A DNA stretch of 64,000 nt, taken from NCBI GenBank assembly GCA_963719505.1, contig CAVRCF010000001.1:768001-832000 (forward strand). The letters run 5' to 3'. The number at the start of each line of letters is the position of its first letter. The first letter of the stretch is position 1. The DNA is from Halobacteriovoraceae bacterium (lineage in GTDB: Bacteria > Bdellovibrionota > Bacteriovoracia > Bacteriovoracales > Bacteriovoracaceae). Positions 40,818-51,730 of this stretch are shown here, one piece after another. The notes under the pieces were generated by a model, which was not told the DNA's origin, searched no databases, and saw only the letters and a list, made by a program, of their open reading frames with translations. The translations under genes and the position numbers were made by a program.

Positions 40818-41591
40818 TTGAAAGAAGTAACAGTTATTATTCCCTTTTATAATTTAGGAAAGTATCTAGATGAAGCAGTATTATCTGTTGAGAATCAGTC
40901 CCTGAGTAATTGGGAATTAATCATTTCAAATGATGGGTCAAGCGATTTAGATTCTATTGAATCATTAAATAAATATAGACAGAAATATACAGTCATTGAC
41001 AAAGAAAATACTGGCTTAGCGAATACAAGAAATGTCGCTATCGAAATATCTAGAACTGAATTTATAGTCTGCCTAGATGCAGACGACGTCTTAGAACCAA
41101 CTTATATTGAAGAGCTTTTAAGAGTTATAAAGAATAATAATGAATTAGGCTTTGTAACCTCTTGGGTTCAACTCTTTGAAGGAAGTCAATCTATTTGGGA
41201 GACTTCAAAGTTTGATAAAATTAAGCTTTTGAAAGAGAATTGCATTCACGTGGCTTCACTATTTCGAAAGGAAGCATGGAAGCAAGTCGGTGGATATGAT
41301 GAAAAACTCATTGGCTATCAAGATTGGAACTTTTGGTTAGGTCTAGTAGCTAAAGGCTACAAATGGGAAGTTGTTGAGAAGTGCTTATTTAATTATCGTG
41401 TGCGGGAGCAATCTATGATTCAGAACTCTGATGGAAAAAGAAGAGAAATCTTATCTGAGATTATAAAAAACCATTATCAACTTTATCAGGAAATGATGCT
41501 CGATTTGATATTATCTATGGATGAAGATAAACAAAATTTACTGGAAAGGATTAGATTTTTAGAGGGAGAACTTGATGAAAAAAATAAGTAA
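40818..41591 (+). CDS. GT2 glycosyltransferase
   Basis: VIIPFYN, NDGS, CLDADD, QDW. Confidence 0.88.
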   Translation: MKEVTVIIPFYNLGKYLDEAVLSVENQSLSNWELIISNDGSSDLDSIESLNKYRQKYTVIDKENTGLANTRNVAIEISRTEFIVCLDADDVLEPTYIEELLRVIKNNNELGFVTSWVQLFEGSQSIWETSKFDKIKLLKENCIHVASLFRKEAWKQVGGYDEKLIGYQDWNFWLGLVAKGYKWEVVEKCLFNYRVREQSMIQNSDGKRREILSEIIKNHYQLYQEMMLDLILSMDEDKQNLLERIRFLEGELDEKNK

Positions 41592-42615
41592 AGTTCCTTA
41601 TTTACTCTTTTCAAAGATAAAGGTTATTCTATTTAGCTTAAAAATTTTATTAAAAAAGTTTCTTGATAACTTTAGAGACTATTCAAAGGTGAAATCGCTT
41701 CCTCTTAAATTGGATCAATCAGGGCATTGCTTTGCAGCTCAAAGCGAATACTTTAGATCAAATTACTATGATATGTTAGAGATTGAAGGTAATTTTGAAT
41801 ATCCTATTCTTCCAGAAAAAAAAGATAACCTTCAAAATCTAAAATCATTTTGTTATGCCAATAATATTAAAACTCTGTGGCTTTATAGGCCGGAGTGGTT
41901 CACATCAATAAAGGAAGATTTAGAAGAATTGCGAGAGAATGGTGTATCAATTATAGGCTTTTCAACTGAGCCAATACCAACCCTCAATGATTTCCTCAAG
42001 ATGAACTCTCATATTGATCAAATGAAAAGACTAATTTCTCTTTTTCCTGCAAGAAAGTTACAACTTGATAGAATTATTCACTTCGACTCTTCTTCCGAAA
42101 GTTTACTGAAGTATTTAGGATTTAAGAACTTAATTTGTCATCCACTACCTGTAAGTCGTTCTGTTTTTGACGTTCCTTCTGAGGAGATTAAATATGACAT
42201 TTGCTTCATTGGTAGGCCAACAGAGTATAGAGAGTTTTTTCTATCTCCACTTAAAGCCTTTTATAAAGTCATTCATATTGCCCACGGTCTTTTTGATGAG
42301 GACGCTGCAAAACTTATGGCATCTTCAAGAATTGTATTAAATCTTCACAATGAGAAATACCTCAATTTTGAAGACAGATTAGTCCAAATAAAATTTTCTA
42401 AAAGTATCGTTTTCTCTCAGCCTTTAACAATGAATGAATGGCTTAAAGAAGATGAGTACGTAGAATTCAAATACAAAGATGAATTGCTTAAAAAGGTGGA
42501 ATCTGTATTAAGAGAGAAGGACGCCTCTGTAATAGAAAAATACAGAAACAAATTTGATAAAAAAGAATCTTTTTATTATTCATCACTTTTAAAAGTACTT
42601 AGTTTAGCCAAGTAG
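41572..42615 (+). CDS. CgeB/Glyco_trans_1_2-like glycosyltransferase
   Basis: YDICFIG..R, SRIVLNLH..FEDR. Confidence 0.65.
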   Translation: MMKKISKVPYLLFSKIKVILFSLKILLKKFLDNFRDYSKVKSLPLKLDQSGHCFAAQSEYFRSNYYDMLEIEGNFEYPILPEKKDNLQNLKSFCYANNIKTLWLYRPEWFTSIKEDLEELRENGVSIIGFSTEPIPTLNDFLKMNSHIDQMKRLISLFPARKLQLDRIIHFDSSSESLLKYLGFKNLICHPLPVSRSVFDVPSEEIKYDICFIGRPTEYREFFLSPLKAFYKVIHIAHGLFDEDAAKLMASSRIVLNLHNEKYLNFEDRLVQIKFSKSIVFSQPLTMNEWLKEDEYVEFKYKDELLKKVESVLREKDASVIEKYRNKFDKKESFYYSSLLKVLSLAK

Positions 42616-43800
42616 TCTTTTTAAATATAAGTAGGCTTTGATGTTGTGACGTTTTAAAAAACGAGCAACTTTCCCTTTAAAAACTTTAAAGTATTTGCGC
42701 ATTAGGCTTTCTCTTGGAGAGTTTGAGCTGTACCACGCCAAGTGAATCTGATTCATCTGTCCTATTGTTTTTTGTTTTTCCTTATTAACGATAAAATTCT
42801 GGAACACTTGATCCCAAAACTCTTGAGAAGATTCTTTCCAATTGGGCCATGCTTGAGCTGTAGCTATAGCTCCCTTTTTGAGATCCAGTAGCTTATCTTT
42901 ATTGTCTTTGAGACCGTTTATTGCAGATATAACGCCTCGTTCATCATTGGTTTTAATTACAATTCCATTTATTCCGTCTTCTATATATTCATCGTGTCCG
43001 GATACATCATAAACAATAGATGTTCCTCCGCAGTGAAACATTTCAAGGGGGGGACCAAACATTCCTTCGACATAGCTGAGCTTTACTAGGACATCGCATG
43101 CTCCATATATTTCAGGAGTCTTTGTGATTGGAACTTGGCTAAAGACTCTATCAACTCCTGGAAGCGATTTGACTTCCGTGCTTGTCAGGAGCCAAATCTC
43201 ATCAGCATTTGAATCAATTGCAAGCTTTATTGTTTTTTCAACATTTTTAAAAGGAACGTGTAATGGACCTTCTATTAAAACTCGAAGTTTATTATCTGAT
43301 CTGAGCGAGAGGCTCTCTTTATAAATATCTTTTCTTATGCCATTTTTTGCAAGGGATACTTGGTGTCCATATTTGTCTTCCAAATAATCTTTTATCCAAG
43401 TAGCCTCAGTGATATAGTTGACGGGTAGAAAGTAAGTAGATTCAACAAAGCTTTGAAGATTGACATCACTGTCAGGGTAAAATTTCGACTCTATAGATTG
43501 AACAAAGTAACCGTAACTATCCGCTTGAATCTTGTGTATATCGAGAGAAGTTTTCCACCAAGTTGCAAAGCAGTAGTTAAAGTTGATACTCGCTGCTTCA
43601 TCAAATGTGATCCAGTTAAGTGTTTTTGCTTCGGGGTGCCAATCGAGACTGCCTTCTTCTATTGTATCCAAAGTGATCATTGTAATACGGTGTCCAAGTG
43701 CTTTGGCGTGTAACGCATGTTGGAAAATCACATACATACCACCCGAGATGCAGGGGGGTCCCATTAGAAAAGCAATATCTCTAGAATCAGCCATCATCAA
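42604..43800 (-). CDS. GT4 glycosyltransferase (rhamnosyltransferase-like)
   Basis: ISGG, ATWW, YFVQSIE, EGMFGPPLEM. Confidence 0.75.
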   Translation of the reverse strand: MMMADSRDIAFLMGPPCISGGMYVIFQHALHAKALGHRITMITLDTIEEGSLDWHPEAKTLNWITFDEAASINFNYCFATWWKTSLDIHKIQADSYGYFVQSIESKFYPDSDVNLQSFVESTYFLPVNYITEATWIKDYLEDKYGHQVSLAKNGIRKDIYKESLSLRSDNKLRVLIEGPLHVPFKNVEKTIKLAIDSNADEIWLLTSTEVKSLPGVDRVFSQVPITKTPEIYGACDVLVKLSYVEGMFGPPLEMFHCGGTSIVYDVSGHDEYIEDGINGIVIKTNDERGVISAINGLKDNKDKLLDLKKGAIATAQAWPNWKESSQEFWDQVFQNFIVNKEKQKTIGQMNQIHLAWYSSNSPRESLMRKYFKVFKGKVARFLKRHNIKAYLYLKRLLG

Positions 43801-43943
43801 CCTTTAGTTAAATAGTCTAATTATAGTGAGTTGAGACTAAAATGTGTACCTAAAACTTAAATATGTTGATAAGAAAGTACGCAGAAGTTAATATGTTGGC
43901 AATGAGCTTCAGATAATGATGCTGCATGTAACGGAGAATCGGA

Positions 43944-45350
43944 TTGATAATGGTGGACTTGAGAGAGTATAAGAGGAAAGCTAAGTTTATAGCCTCCAAA
44001 AATGATACTATCTTCAAAATTTCGAAGTTTGCTTATCATATTTTGCTCAAGGTGAAGTCTCGCCTAAAAGTGAGAAGAAATCTTCGTCTGATAAAAGAGT
44101 ACTTCTTTTCAATAATTTCTGTTTTAAAGCGTATAAAATACAAAGTTAAAAATTCTTTTTATGATAAAGACTTTATCAAATTAAATGAGTCGCCTTTTAA
44201 GTTTTGCGATCCGCATACACAAATATCAAAAAAAACTCACCATGAAATTTTAGATTACTATGAAAAAAATAAATACAGATCAAGAGAGCATACGTTTCGT
44301 AAGTATGGGAAAAAGATAAGGTTCAGGGCCAAAGATATTTCTTCTGAAAACATAGACATATTAGTGTTTCCTGATTATCGGCTAAATAATCCTTACCAAA
44401 AGGACTTATATCTTTTTAATGAAACAACAAAGTATATAAATACTGTCGATGCACTTAAAAATTTCTTGGAAAAAAGAGGATCAGAGAAAAAAGTATTACA
44501 CCTTCACTGGACCTCAAATATTCTTAGAGAACTCGGTTTTGAGAGATTTAAGAAAAGCTTAGATCTTTTTCTTTCTCGGGGTGGGAAGGTTGTCTGGTTT
44601 GTACACAATCTTTACCCTCACGACTCTCAAGATAAATCGGAAGAGAAAAAACTGAGGCTATATATATCTGAGATTTCTTCTAAAGTTGTTGTTTTGGCTG
44701 AAGCTTCAAAGAATAAGGTTATAGATGAATTTCATTGCGACCCAAGCAAGATGACTGTGATCCCTCATCCCAACTATGCTCGTCATTACAACTACCCAGA
44801 TCTAGACTTTTCTGTAAGAGGAAAACAAAACTCTGGAAGAACGAAACTTCTTATAATGGGTTCTATTAAAAAGTATAAGGGAATAAAAGAATTTTTGGAT
44901 GCTTTTGTTTCCTCTGAAGTCATGTCCAAGTTGTGTAGTTTAACAATTGTTGGAAATGCTGATGATGAAACTTATCGACGAGAATTGATGAATTATGGAG
45001 ATGCCTTTAATGTTCATTTTGATTTGCGAATGCTCTCTGATTATGACTTAGCATCCTATCTTAATGAGTGTGACTTCGTTGTTCAAAATTACCTTTGCAC
45101 CCTAAACTCTGGGGTAACCCTCTTGGCACTCTCAAAAAATCGTCCCGTCTTATGTTTGAAGAATGACTCATTCGACTTTCTAATAGAAAATGGAGAGAAT
45201 GGTTTCAAATACGGAAACTTTAGCGAATTAGAAAGTGAGATGGCCAGTCTAGTTAAAAACAAAGAAAAACTAAAACAGAAATCCTTTAAATCTGTTGAGA
45301 TGTACGATTGTGTTCCTCTCTCTCAGCTTAGAGATACTTTAAAGTTGTAA
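43944..45350 (+). CDS. GT4 glycosyltransferase
   Basis: NPYQ, HLHW, VHNLYPH, IPHPNY, YKG, NSGV. Confidence 0.75.
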   Translation: MIMVDLREYKRKAKFIASKNDTIFKISKFAYHILLKVKSRLKVRRNLRLIKEYFFSIISVLKRIKYKVKNSFYDKDFIKLNESPFKFCDPHTQISKKTHHEILDYYEKNKYRSREHTFRKYGKKIRFRAKDISSENIDILVFPDYRLNNPYQKDLYLFNETTKYINTVDALKNFLEKRGSEKKVLHLHWTSNILRELGFERFKKSLDLFLSRGGKVVWFVHNLYPHDSQDKSEEKKLRLYISEISSKVVVLAEASKNKVIDEFHCDPSKMTVIPHPNYARHYNYPDLDFSVRGKQNSGRTKLLIMGSIKKYKGIKEFLDAFVSSEVMSKLCSLTIVGNADDETYRRELMNYGDAFNVHFDLRMLSDYDLASYLNECDFVVQNYLCTLNSGVTLLALSKNRPVLCLKNDSFDFLIENGENGFKYGNFSELESEMASLVKNKEKLKQKSFKSVEMYDCVPLSQLRDTLKL

Positions 45351-45355
45351 CAATT

Positions 45356-46453
45356 ATGAATGAGAAACAAAAAAAAATCTTTGTGACGAGACCTTTTCTT
45401 CCGGCTAGAAAAGAGTATGAAAAGATCTTAGATAGGGTTTGGGATTCATCCTATTTAACAAACTTTGGTCCAATCCTAACAGAGCTAGAAAAAGAAATAA
45501 AGACATACACTGGTGTAGAAAACCTAACGGTATCGAATGGAACCTTTGCATTAAACTTGGCTTACGAATTATTAAAGCTTAAGGGAAAGAAGGTATTAAC
45601 AACACCTTTCTCTTTTATTGCAACGGCATCAACTTTGGCTTGGGATCGGATCGATTTTGACTTCGTAGATATAGATGAGCAAACATACAACATTGATCCG
45701 GTAAAATTAGAGATTCGACTACAAGAAGACGCATCTATTTCGGCAATCGTGGCAACTCATGTGTTTGGTAATCCATGCGACGTAAAAAGAATTGCGGAGA
45801 TCGCAAAGAAATATGATGTGAAAATCATTTATGATGCTGCTCATAGTTTTGGAGTTAAAATTGATGGTGTATCAATCTTTAAATATGGTGATTTAAGTAC
45901 TTGTTCGTACCATGCTACAAAAATCTTTCATACTGTTGAGGGTGGAGCTGTCTTTTCAAATAGTCCAGAGGTTATTCTTAAATTGAAACAGCTCTCAAAC
46001 TTTGGTTATAATCCTAAAGCTGTAATAACTGAAGTAGGTATTAATACAAAGGTTTCTGAGTTCCACGCCTCTATGGGGCTTGCTAATATTAAGCATATTT
46101 CCAACTTGATTGATGAAAGACTTGATATTATAGGTACCTATAAGAGAGAGTTATCTGAGTTAGGTACATTCCAAAAAATAGATGAGAGTGTCAGCTGGAA
46201 TGGGGCATATATGCCAATTTTACTTCCAAGCTCAGCTCATGTTGAAAAGCTTTTTGTGACTTTAGAAGAAAACTTTATTTATCCCAGAAGGTACTTCTAT
46301 CCTAGTTTAGATGAACTTGGAATTTTTAGTGATAAAAGCGCTTGTCCTGTGTCGAGGAATATTGCTTCAAGGATAGTTTGCTTACCTCTGTTTAATAATA
46401 TGAACAAAGATGATCTAAAAAATATAATTGAGTTAATAAAGGTGAGCCAGTGA
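45356..46453 (+). CDS. DegT/DnrJ sugar aminotransferase (VioA-like)
   Basis: TPFSFIAT, YDAAH, SYHATK, RRYFYP. Confidence 0.9.
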   Translation: MNEKQKKIFVTRPFLPARKEYEKILDRVWDSSYLTNFGPILTELEKEIKTYTGVENLTVSNGTFALNLAYELLKLKGKKVLTTPFSFIATASTLAWDRIDFDFVDIDEQTYNIDPVKLEIRLQEDASISAIVATHVFGNPCDVKRIAEIAKKYDVKIIYDAAHSFGVKIDGVSIFKYGDLSTCSYHATKIFHTVEGGAVFSNSPEVILKLKQLSNFGYNPKAVITEVGINTKVSEFHASMGLANIKHISNLIDERLDIIGTYKRELSELGTFQKIDESVSWNGAYMPILLPSSAHVEKLFVTLEENFIYPRRYFYPSLDELGIFSDKSACPVSRNIASRIVCLPLFNNMNKDDLKNIIELIKVSQ

Positions 46454-47061
46454 AGAAGGTAATAATTTTAGGAGCTGGTGGCTTCGCCAGAGAATTACAT
46501 TCATGGATTGATAATGTTGAAGGAGTCGAACTCGTGGGATTTTATGCCGATGTAGATTCAGATAAGAAGCTTAACGATTATAATATCTATTCCGACCTTA
46601 GTGGGCTTAAAGATACAAAGTATGTTCTAGGTGTTGGCGACGTTAATTTAAGACAAAAGTTTGCAGAAATTGCAGAGTCGCAAGGGCTTTCCGCGTGCGA
46701 TCCCTTAGTTCATCCTTCCGTTGTTTTAGGAAAAAATAATAGCCTTGCACAAGGAGTTGTTTTAACTCCCGGATGCATTGTTACAACAAATGTGACACTT
46801 GAAAAAAATGTTATGATTAATATTGGATCCACAGTTGGACACGATTGTACTATCGGGGAGCTTAGTGTCCTTTCTCCTGGGTGCCGAGTCTCAGGAAATG
46901 TGGAGGTCGGTAAGAGATGTGATCTTGGAACAGGATGTTCTATAAGACCAAAGATACATATAGTAAATGATGTCGTGGTGGGGATGAACGCTGCAGTTGT
47001 ATCTAATCTTAATGAAAGCGGTGTCTATATTGGCATTCCCGCCAAAAAGTTAAGCAGGTAA
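46450..47061 (+). CDS. NeuD/PglB/VioB-family sugar N-acetyltransferase
   Basis: GAGGFARE, VGHD, hexapeptide repeats, GIPAK. Confidence 0.88.
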   Translation: MKKVIILGAGGFARELHSWIDNVEGVELVGFYADVDSDKKLNDYNIYSDLSGLKDTKYVLGVGDVNLRQKFAEIAESQGLSACDPLVHPSVVLGKNNSLAQGVVLTPGCIVTTNVTLEKNVMINIGSTVGHDCTIGELSVLSPGCRVSGNVEVGKRCDLGTGCSIRPKIHIVNDVVVGMNAAVVSNLNESGVYIGIPAKKLSR

Positions 47062-47065
47062 GTGA

Positions 47066-48190
47066 GTGCTTAAAATACTTCACATTGTTAAAGATGAAAA
47101 GTTTGTAGATCTTGCAGGTGATTTATTTGAGACAGCTTACCCTGGACAGAACGAATTCTGGTCTTTTCAATCGAGCAAAGACTTTAAATATATTAAAAGA
47201 ACTAAGATTATACAAAGATCACTTCTTTCACTTTTCTCTCTATCATTAAAACAAAAAGTTCAAAAATTTGATTTAATTATTATTCATTGGTTAGGGCCTG
47301 TTGCTTGTATCTTTGTCAATCGATTTTCATTCAAGCCAATAAGTTGGATTGGCTGGGGTGGAGACTATTATGAATTTACGGATATTAAGCTATTAGATGA
47401 TAAGTCGGAAAAATTTGAGAAAGAAATCAAAACGATTTTTTCGTTTTATTATTTGCAAGAAACTGTAAAACAATTAACCTTTTTTACATTAAATCAAATT
47501 GGTTGGGGAAAGAAAAATTCCATTAGAAAAATAAAAACTTTTGCGCCTGTTCTAGAAAATGAGTATTCAAGGGTTAAAAGTTCTTTTGATAAGAGTTACT
47601 TTCCTGAATTTGTCGATTGGAATTATGGGTCTCTAGAAAGACACTTGATCGTTGGTGTTGAAAACAAAGTTGTCAGTGGTGAAAATTTACTTCTTGGAAA
47701 TAGTGCGACCTTAACCAATAACCATCTTACAGCTTTTGATGTGATCAAAGAGGAAAAAACAAGTTTTAACAAATTGATAATACCTTTGAGTTACGGAAAT
47801 GATGTCTATAAAAAAACGATTTCTGACCTTTTTAAAAAAGAGCTAGGAGAGAAGTTTGAATCACTAGACCGATTTATGCCAGTTGATGAGTATTTTCAAA
47901 TAATTCTAAGCTGTAGAATAGTGGTCATGAATCATACTAGGCAGCAGGGGTATGGAAATATTATCGTGGCACTATATTTGGGAGCTTCAGTATATCTAAA
48001 CGATAAAAATCCACTATATGAATATTTAAAAAATAAAGGGTTCAATATATTTAAAATTGAGGACCTCGGTCAAAGCAATACAATCTCTGACGAAATGATT
48101 GAGATCCATAGAGCCTTACTTTCTTCTATTTTTTCAGAAAGTCAGATGCTTTCAAAAACAAAAAACCTTGTTGAGAAGACTTTGACATGA
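47066..48190 (+). CDS. GT56 WecF-like 4-acetamido-deoxyhexose transferase
   Basis: WGGD, LGNSA..NNH, PLSYG, RQQGYGNI. Confidence 0.8.
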   Translation: MLKILHIVKDEKFVDLAGDLFETAYPGQNEFWSFQSSKDFKYIKRTKIIQRSLLSLFSLSLKQKVQKFDLIIIHWLGPVACIFVNRFSFKPISWIGWGGDYYEFTDIKLLDDKSEKFEKEIKTIFSFYYLQETVKQLTFFTLNQIGWGKKNSIRKIKTFAPVLENEYSRVKSSFDKSYFPEFVDWNYGSLERHLIVGVENKVVSGENLLLGNSATLTNNHLTAFDVIKEEKTSFNKLIIPLSYGNDVYKKTISDLFKKELGEKFESLDRFMPVDEYFQIILSCRIVVMNHTRQQGYGNIIVALYLGASVYLNDKNPLYEYLKNKGFNIFKIEDLGQSNTISDEMIEIHRALLSSIFSESQMLSKTKNLVEKTLT

Positions 48191-49632
48191 CTAAACAGCT
48201 AAACGATTCGACATTAAAAGGTATCAGATGGACCACCTTTTCTAGTGTCATAACAGCATTTCTTCACTTATCTCAAATTATTATTCTCTCAAGATTTCTA
48301 ACTAAATCAGAGTTTGGATTAGCTTCTTTATCAATAGTGGTTTTAGGATTTGCTCAAACGTTCGTGGATATGGGGTTTTCAAACGCGATCATTCATAAGC
48401 AGAACTCAAGTGAGTCTCAACTAGGTACTCTTTATTGGATGAATTTCATAGCCGGTATCATAGTTGCAAACATAATATACTTTTCATCTGGCTCTATAGC
48501 GTCGTTCTACAACGAACCTGGTATGGTACCTTTGCTGAAGGTTATTTCGATATGCTTTGTAATTATACCTTTAGGTTTGCAGTTTAAGGTTCTATTCCAA
48601 AGAGACTTGAGGTTTAATTTACTTGCAATACAAGAAACGATCGGTGCTTTGTTTGGTTTTGTGGCAGCTCTGTACTTTGCTATAAATAATTATGGCGCAT
48701 TCAGCATTGTAAATGGCTATCTTTTTAATATTTTGATTACAAATTTTCTATTCCTTACATATGGAGTAAGAAAATACCCTGTAAAACTTGTCTTTAAATT
48801 ATCAGAAGTAAAAGAGTATATAAGATTTGGCATGTTTCAAACTGGTGAAAAGACTATCAATTATTTTAACACTCAGTTTGATGTGATGATTATCGGAAAG
48901 ATTCTTGGAGCTGAAACCGTGGGGGTTTACTCGATTTCAAAACAGCTAGTTTTAAGGCCAGCTCAGGTTATAAACCCTATTGTCACGAGAGTTTCATTTC
49001 CAGTAATGTCAATTCTCCAAAATGATTTAATCCGAATTAAATCAATTTATATGAAAACAATTAATTTTTTGTCATCTGTAAACTTTCCAATCTATCTTGG
49101 AATATTTCTTCTTTCAGAAGAGATAGTACTTCTTTTATTTGGTGAGAATTGGACTCAGGCCATCTCTGTCGTAAAGATTCTTTCCTTATATGCTGCCCTT
49201 CGTTCAACAATTAATCCCATCGGTTCATTGACTCTTGCAATGGGAAGGGTCGATATAGGCTTCTTTTGGAACTTAATTGTTTTTTTTACTCTTCCATTTG
49301 CTGTTTATATTGGGACATTCTTTGGACTCGACGGTGTTTGTTTTGCGTTAGTCATTTACATCCTTCTACTCTTTATCCCTAACTGGCGATTCCAAGTGAG
49401 TGTTTTATGTGGCGCTGGTTTTAGAGAATATCATTTAGAGATTCTGAAGCCTCTTGTATTGACCTTGATTGCTTCTATAGCTCCAATAATATCTCTCTAT
49501 TTTATTGATAATTTATATGTGAGGATTTTAGCAGTATCAATTTTGGGAACAGTATCAGCGGGTATCGTTAATTATTTATTTAACAAGCCTTTTTACAACA
49601 TGATAAAAAAACTTATAAAAAGTACTTCCTAA
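48187..49632 (+). CDS. wzx: MOP/Wzx flippase (WzxC-like)
   Basis: Many TMs; LSRFL..EFG, DMGFSNAIIHK, G.YS. Confidence 0.88.
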   Translation: MTKQLNDSTLKGIRWTTFSSVITAFLHLSQIIILSRFLTKSEFGLASLSIVVLGFAQTFVDMGFSNAIIHKQNSSESQLGTLYWMNFIAGIIVANIIYFSSGSIASFYNEPGMVPLLKVISICFVIIPLGLQFKVLFQRDLRFNLLAIQETIGALFGFVAALYFAINNYGAFSIVNGYLFNILITNFLFLTYGVRKYPVKLVFKLSEVKEYIRFGMFQTGEKTINYFNTQFDVMIIGKILGAETVGVYSISKQLVLRPAQVINPIVTRVSFPVMSILQNDLIRIKSIYMKTINFLSSVNFPIYLGIFLLSEEIVLLLFGENWTQAISVVKILSLYAALRSTINPIGSLTLAMGRVDIGFFWNLIVFFTLPFAVYIGTFFGLDGVCFALVIYILLLFIPNWRFQVSVLCGAGFREYHLEILKPLVLTLIASIAPIISLYFIDNLYVRILAVSILGTVSAGIVNYLFNKPFYNMIKKLIKSTS

Positions 49633-50371
49633 TCCCATGAATAGCATAGCGAAAAAAGTAATAAGCTGATTTTATAAATCCTAGTTTAAACTCATCTCGA
49701 TACAATCCCCATTGAATAACGGCCATTTTCTTTTTATCTGAAGATAAAGAGTCACCGCCAAATATTCTATAACAGCTAAGTTTCTCGTTTAACCCTATAG
49801 CTTCTCTACAAGCTAAAATTGCATCATACCAAAATAAATAATCTTGCCTTCGACGAAGGTGTTCCTTAAACCTGATAGAGTTTAAATCTAATAGGCTTTT
49901 TGAGATCATGATGGAGCTCGTAGCAAAAGGGTTGAACTTTAAAAGATCAGTCGCAGTGTATTTTTGATCGAGAAGTTGCTCTTTTAAGACTTTTCCTTCT
50001 GCGTCAATTGTCCAGTAGTCGTGGTAGGTGAATTCACTTCCTGTTTGCTCCATAAAAGAGATCTGTTTTTGAAGTTTTTGAGATTCCCAAAGATCGTCTA
50101 CATCTAAAAATGCCACGAAATCACCAGTTGCATGGTCTAAGCTTACATTTCTCGTTTTTGCGGCACCGGAGTTTTTCTCATTTTTAATGAGTTTTACTCT
50201 TTGGTCATTTTCCCTTAGTTTCTCAATGATTTCGACAGAGCCGTCAGTTGAGCAGTCATCTGTAATGACCCATTCCCAATTTGAGAAAGTTTGACTCTTA
50301 AGGCTATCATAAGTCTCAGGGATGAACTTTTCAGCATTGAAGCAAGGCGTAATTATCGATACTTTTTTCAT
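49613..50371 (-). CDS. GT2 glycosyltransferase (TuaG-like)
   Basis: VSIITPCFN, DDCSTD, AFLDVDD, RQDY. Confidence 0.88.
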   Translation of the reverse strand: MKKVSIITPCFNAEKFIPETYDSLKSQTFSNWEWVITDDCSTDGSVEIIEKLRENDQRVKLIKNEKNSGAAKTRNVSLDHATGDFVAFLDVDDLWESQKLQKQISFMEQTGSEFTYHDYWTIDAEGKVLKEQLLDQKYTATDLLKFNPFATSSIMISKSLLDLNSIRFKEHLRRRQDYLFWYDAILACREAIGLNEKLSCYRIFGGDSLSSDKKKMAVIQWGLYRDEFKLGFIKSAYYFFRYAIHGIRKYFL

Positions 50372-50440
50372 GTAAACTTCACTCTTTTTTTAGTATAGTC
50401 CCATGATATTTCAAATGAACTATATTGGTAAGGAAATGTT

Positions 50441-51730
50441 TTGAGACGTCGTGTTAAGTCCATTGATTATACCCAAAGAGTTGTAGACCTTTTTATTGTC
50501 TACATCTCGTGGATGTGCGCTTATTTTCTAAGGTTTGAAAATGAAAGTCTGTTTTCTTGGTACGCAAATTACGGCGTGCTTTTGTTTTTAATCTCTTTAC
50601 TCGTTTTTAAAAACTCAAAACTCTACGATGCTCTAAGGTTAACTAATACCTCTAAATTGGCCAGTGCACAGATTAGGGCCAATGCAATATCTCTTGTCGC
50701 TTTCTTAGTAGTGGCTTTCTTTATGTCTCATCACAGAGTTTCAAGAGTGATGCTTGTTGTGTACTTTGCTCTTTCCACATCTCTTCTCGTTTTGAGTAAA
50801 ATTTATTTTAGAAAAGTCATGAACTCAATTAAGCAGAGGATTCTTGTTATTGGAAACGGAGAGCCCGCTAAGAAATATGTTAAAAATATTGAAGAGTATA
50901 AAAATATAGAGATTGTTAATTGGATAGACTCTGTAGAAAGTGTTGATGCCAGTGAGATTGAAAAACTTGAACTCGATGATATCGTGGTGGGTTTTGATGC
51001 TGAGAATGTTAAAGACCAAAAAGAGGTTCTCACAAGACTTTCGGAGTCTATGGTTCCTATTATCGTGCTCCCAGATGTGAGCTTTGCAAAAGTGGGCTAC
51101 ACCATGAGCGATTTTAAGGGGCAACCTTTAATTTATCTCAATGAGCCCAACATAAAGCATTCGGGATTGATCCTCAAAAGACTTTTTGATTTTACCGCTA
51201 CCGTTATAGGTGTGTTTTTAATTTCTCCCATTCTACTTTTTATAGCCGCAGCTATAAAGCTCACAAGCAAAGGCCCAGTTCTTTATCATCAAGTGAGAAT
51301 GGGCGTAGACGGAAAAGAGTTTAAGATGTGGAAGTTTCGCTCCATGGTTACCGGTGAAGCGAATCACGGTGGCTGGACAGTAGAAAATGATCCAAGGGTA
51401 ACAAAGATCGGTCGCATCATTAGAAAAACGAATATAGATGAACTTCCTCAACTTTGGAATGTTATAAAAGGCGACATGAGCCTAGTGGGTCCAAGACCAG
51501 AGAGGCCTCAGTACGTCGATAAATTTAGAACTGAGATCCCAGGCTATATGATTCGCCATAAGTTTAAAGCAGGTGTGACTGGTTGGGCTCAAGTTAACGG
51601 TTGGAGAGGAGATACATCCATTCCCAAAAGAATTGAATGTGATCTTTGGTATATTAAAAACTGGAGTTTCTCTTTGGATATCTCGATTCTTTTTATGACC
51701 TTTTTTAAAGGAAATAAAAATGCTTACTAG
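50441..51730 (+). CDS. Undecaprenyl-phosphate glucose phosphotransferase (WcaJ/WbaP family)
   Basis: KRLFD, KFRSM, DELPQL, SLVGPRPE, GVTGWAQV. Confidence 0.92.
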   Translation: MRRRVKSIDYTQRVVDLFIVYISWMCAYFLRFENESLFSWYANYGVLLFLISLLVFKNSKLYDALRLTNTSKLASAQIRANAISLVAFLVVAFFMSHHRVSRVMLVVYFALSTSLLVLSKIYFRKVMNSIKQRILVIGNGEPAKKYVKNIEEYKNIEIVNWIDSVESVDASEIEKLELDDIVVGFDAENVKDQKEVLTRLSESMVPIIVLPDVSFAKVGYTMSDFKGQPLIYLNEPNIKHSGLILKRLFDFTATVIGVFLISPILLFIAAAIKLTSKGPVLYHQVRMGVDGKEFKMWKFRSMVTGEANHGGWTVENDPRVTKIGRIIRKTNIDELPQLWNVIKGDMSLVGPRPERPQYVDKFRTEIPGYMIRHKFKAGVTGWAQVNGWRGDTSIPKRIECDLWYIKNWSFSLDISILFMTFFKGNKNAY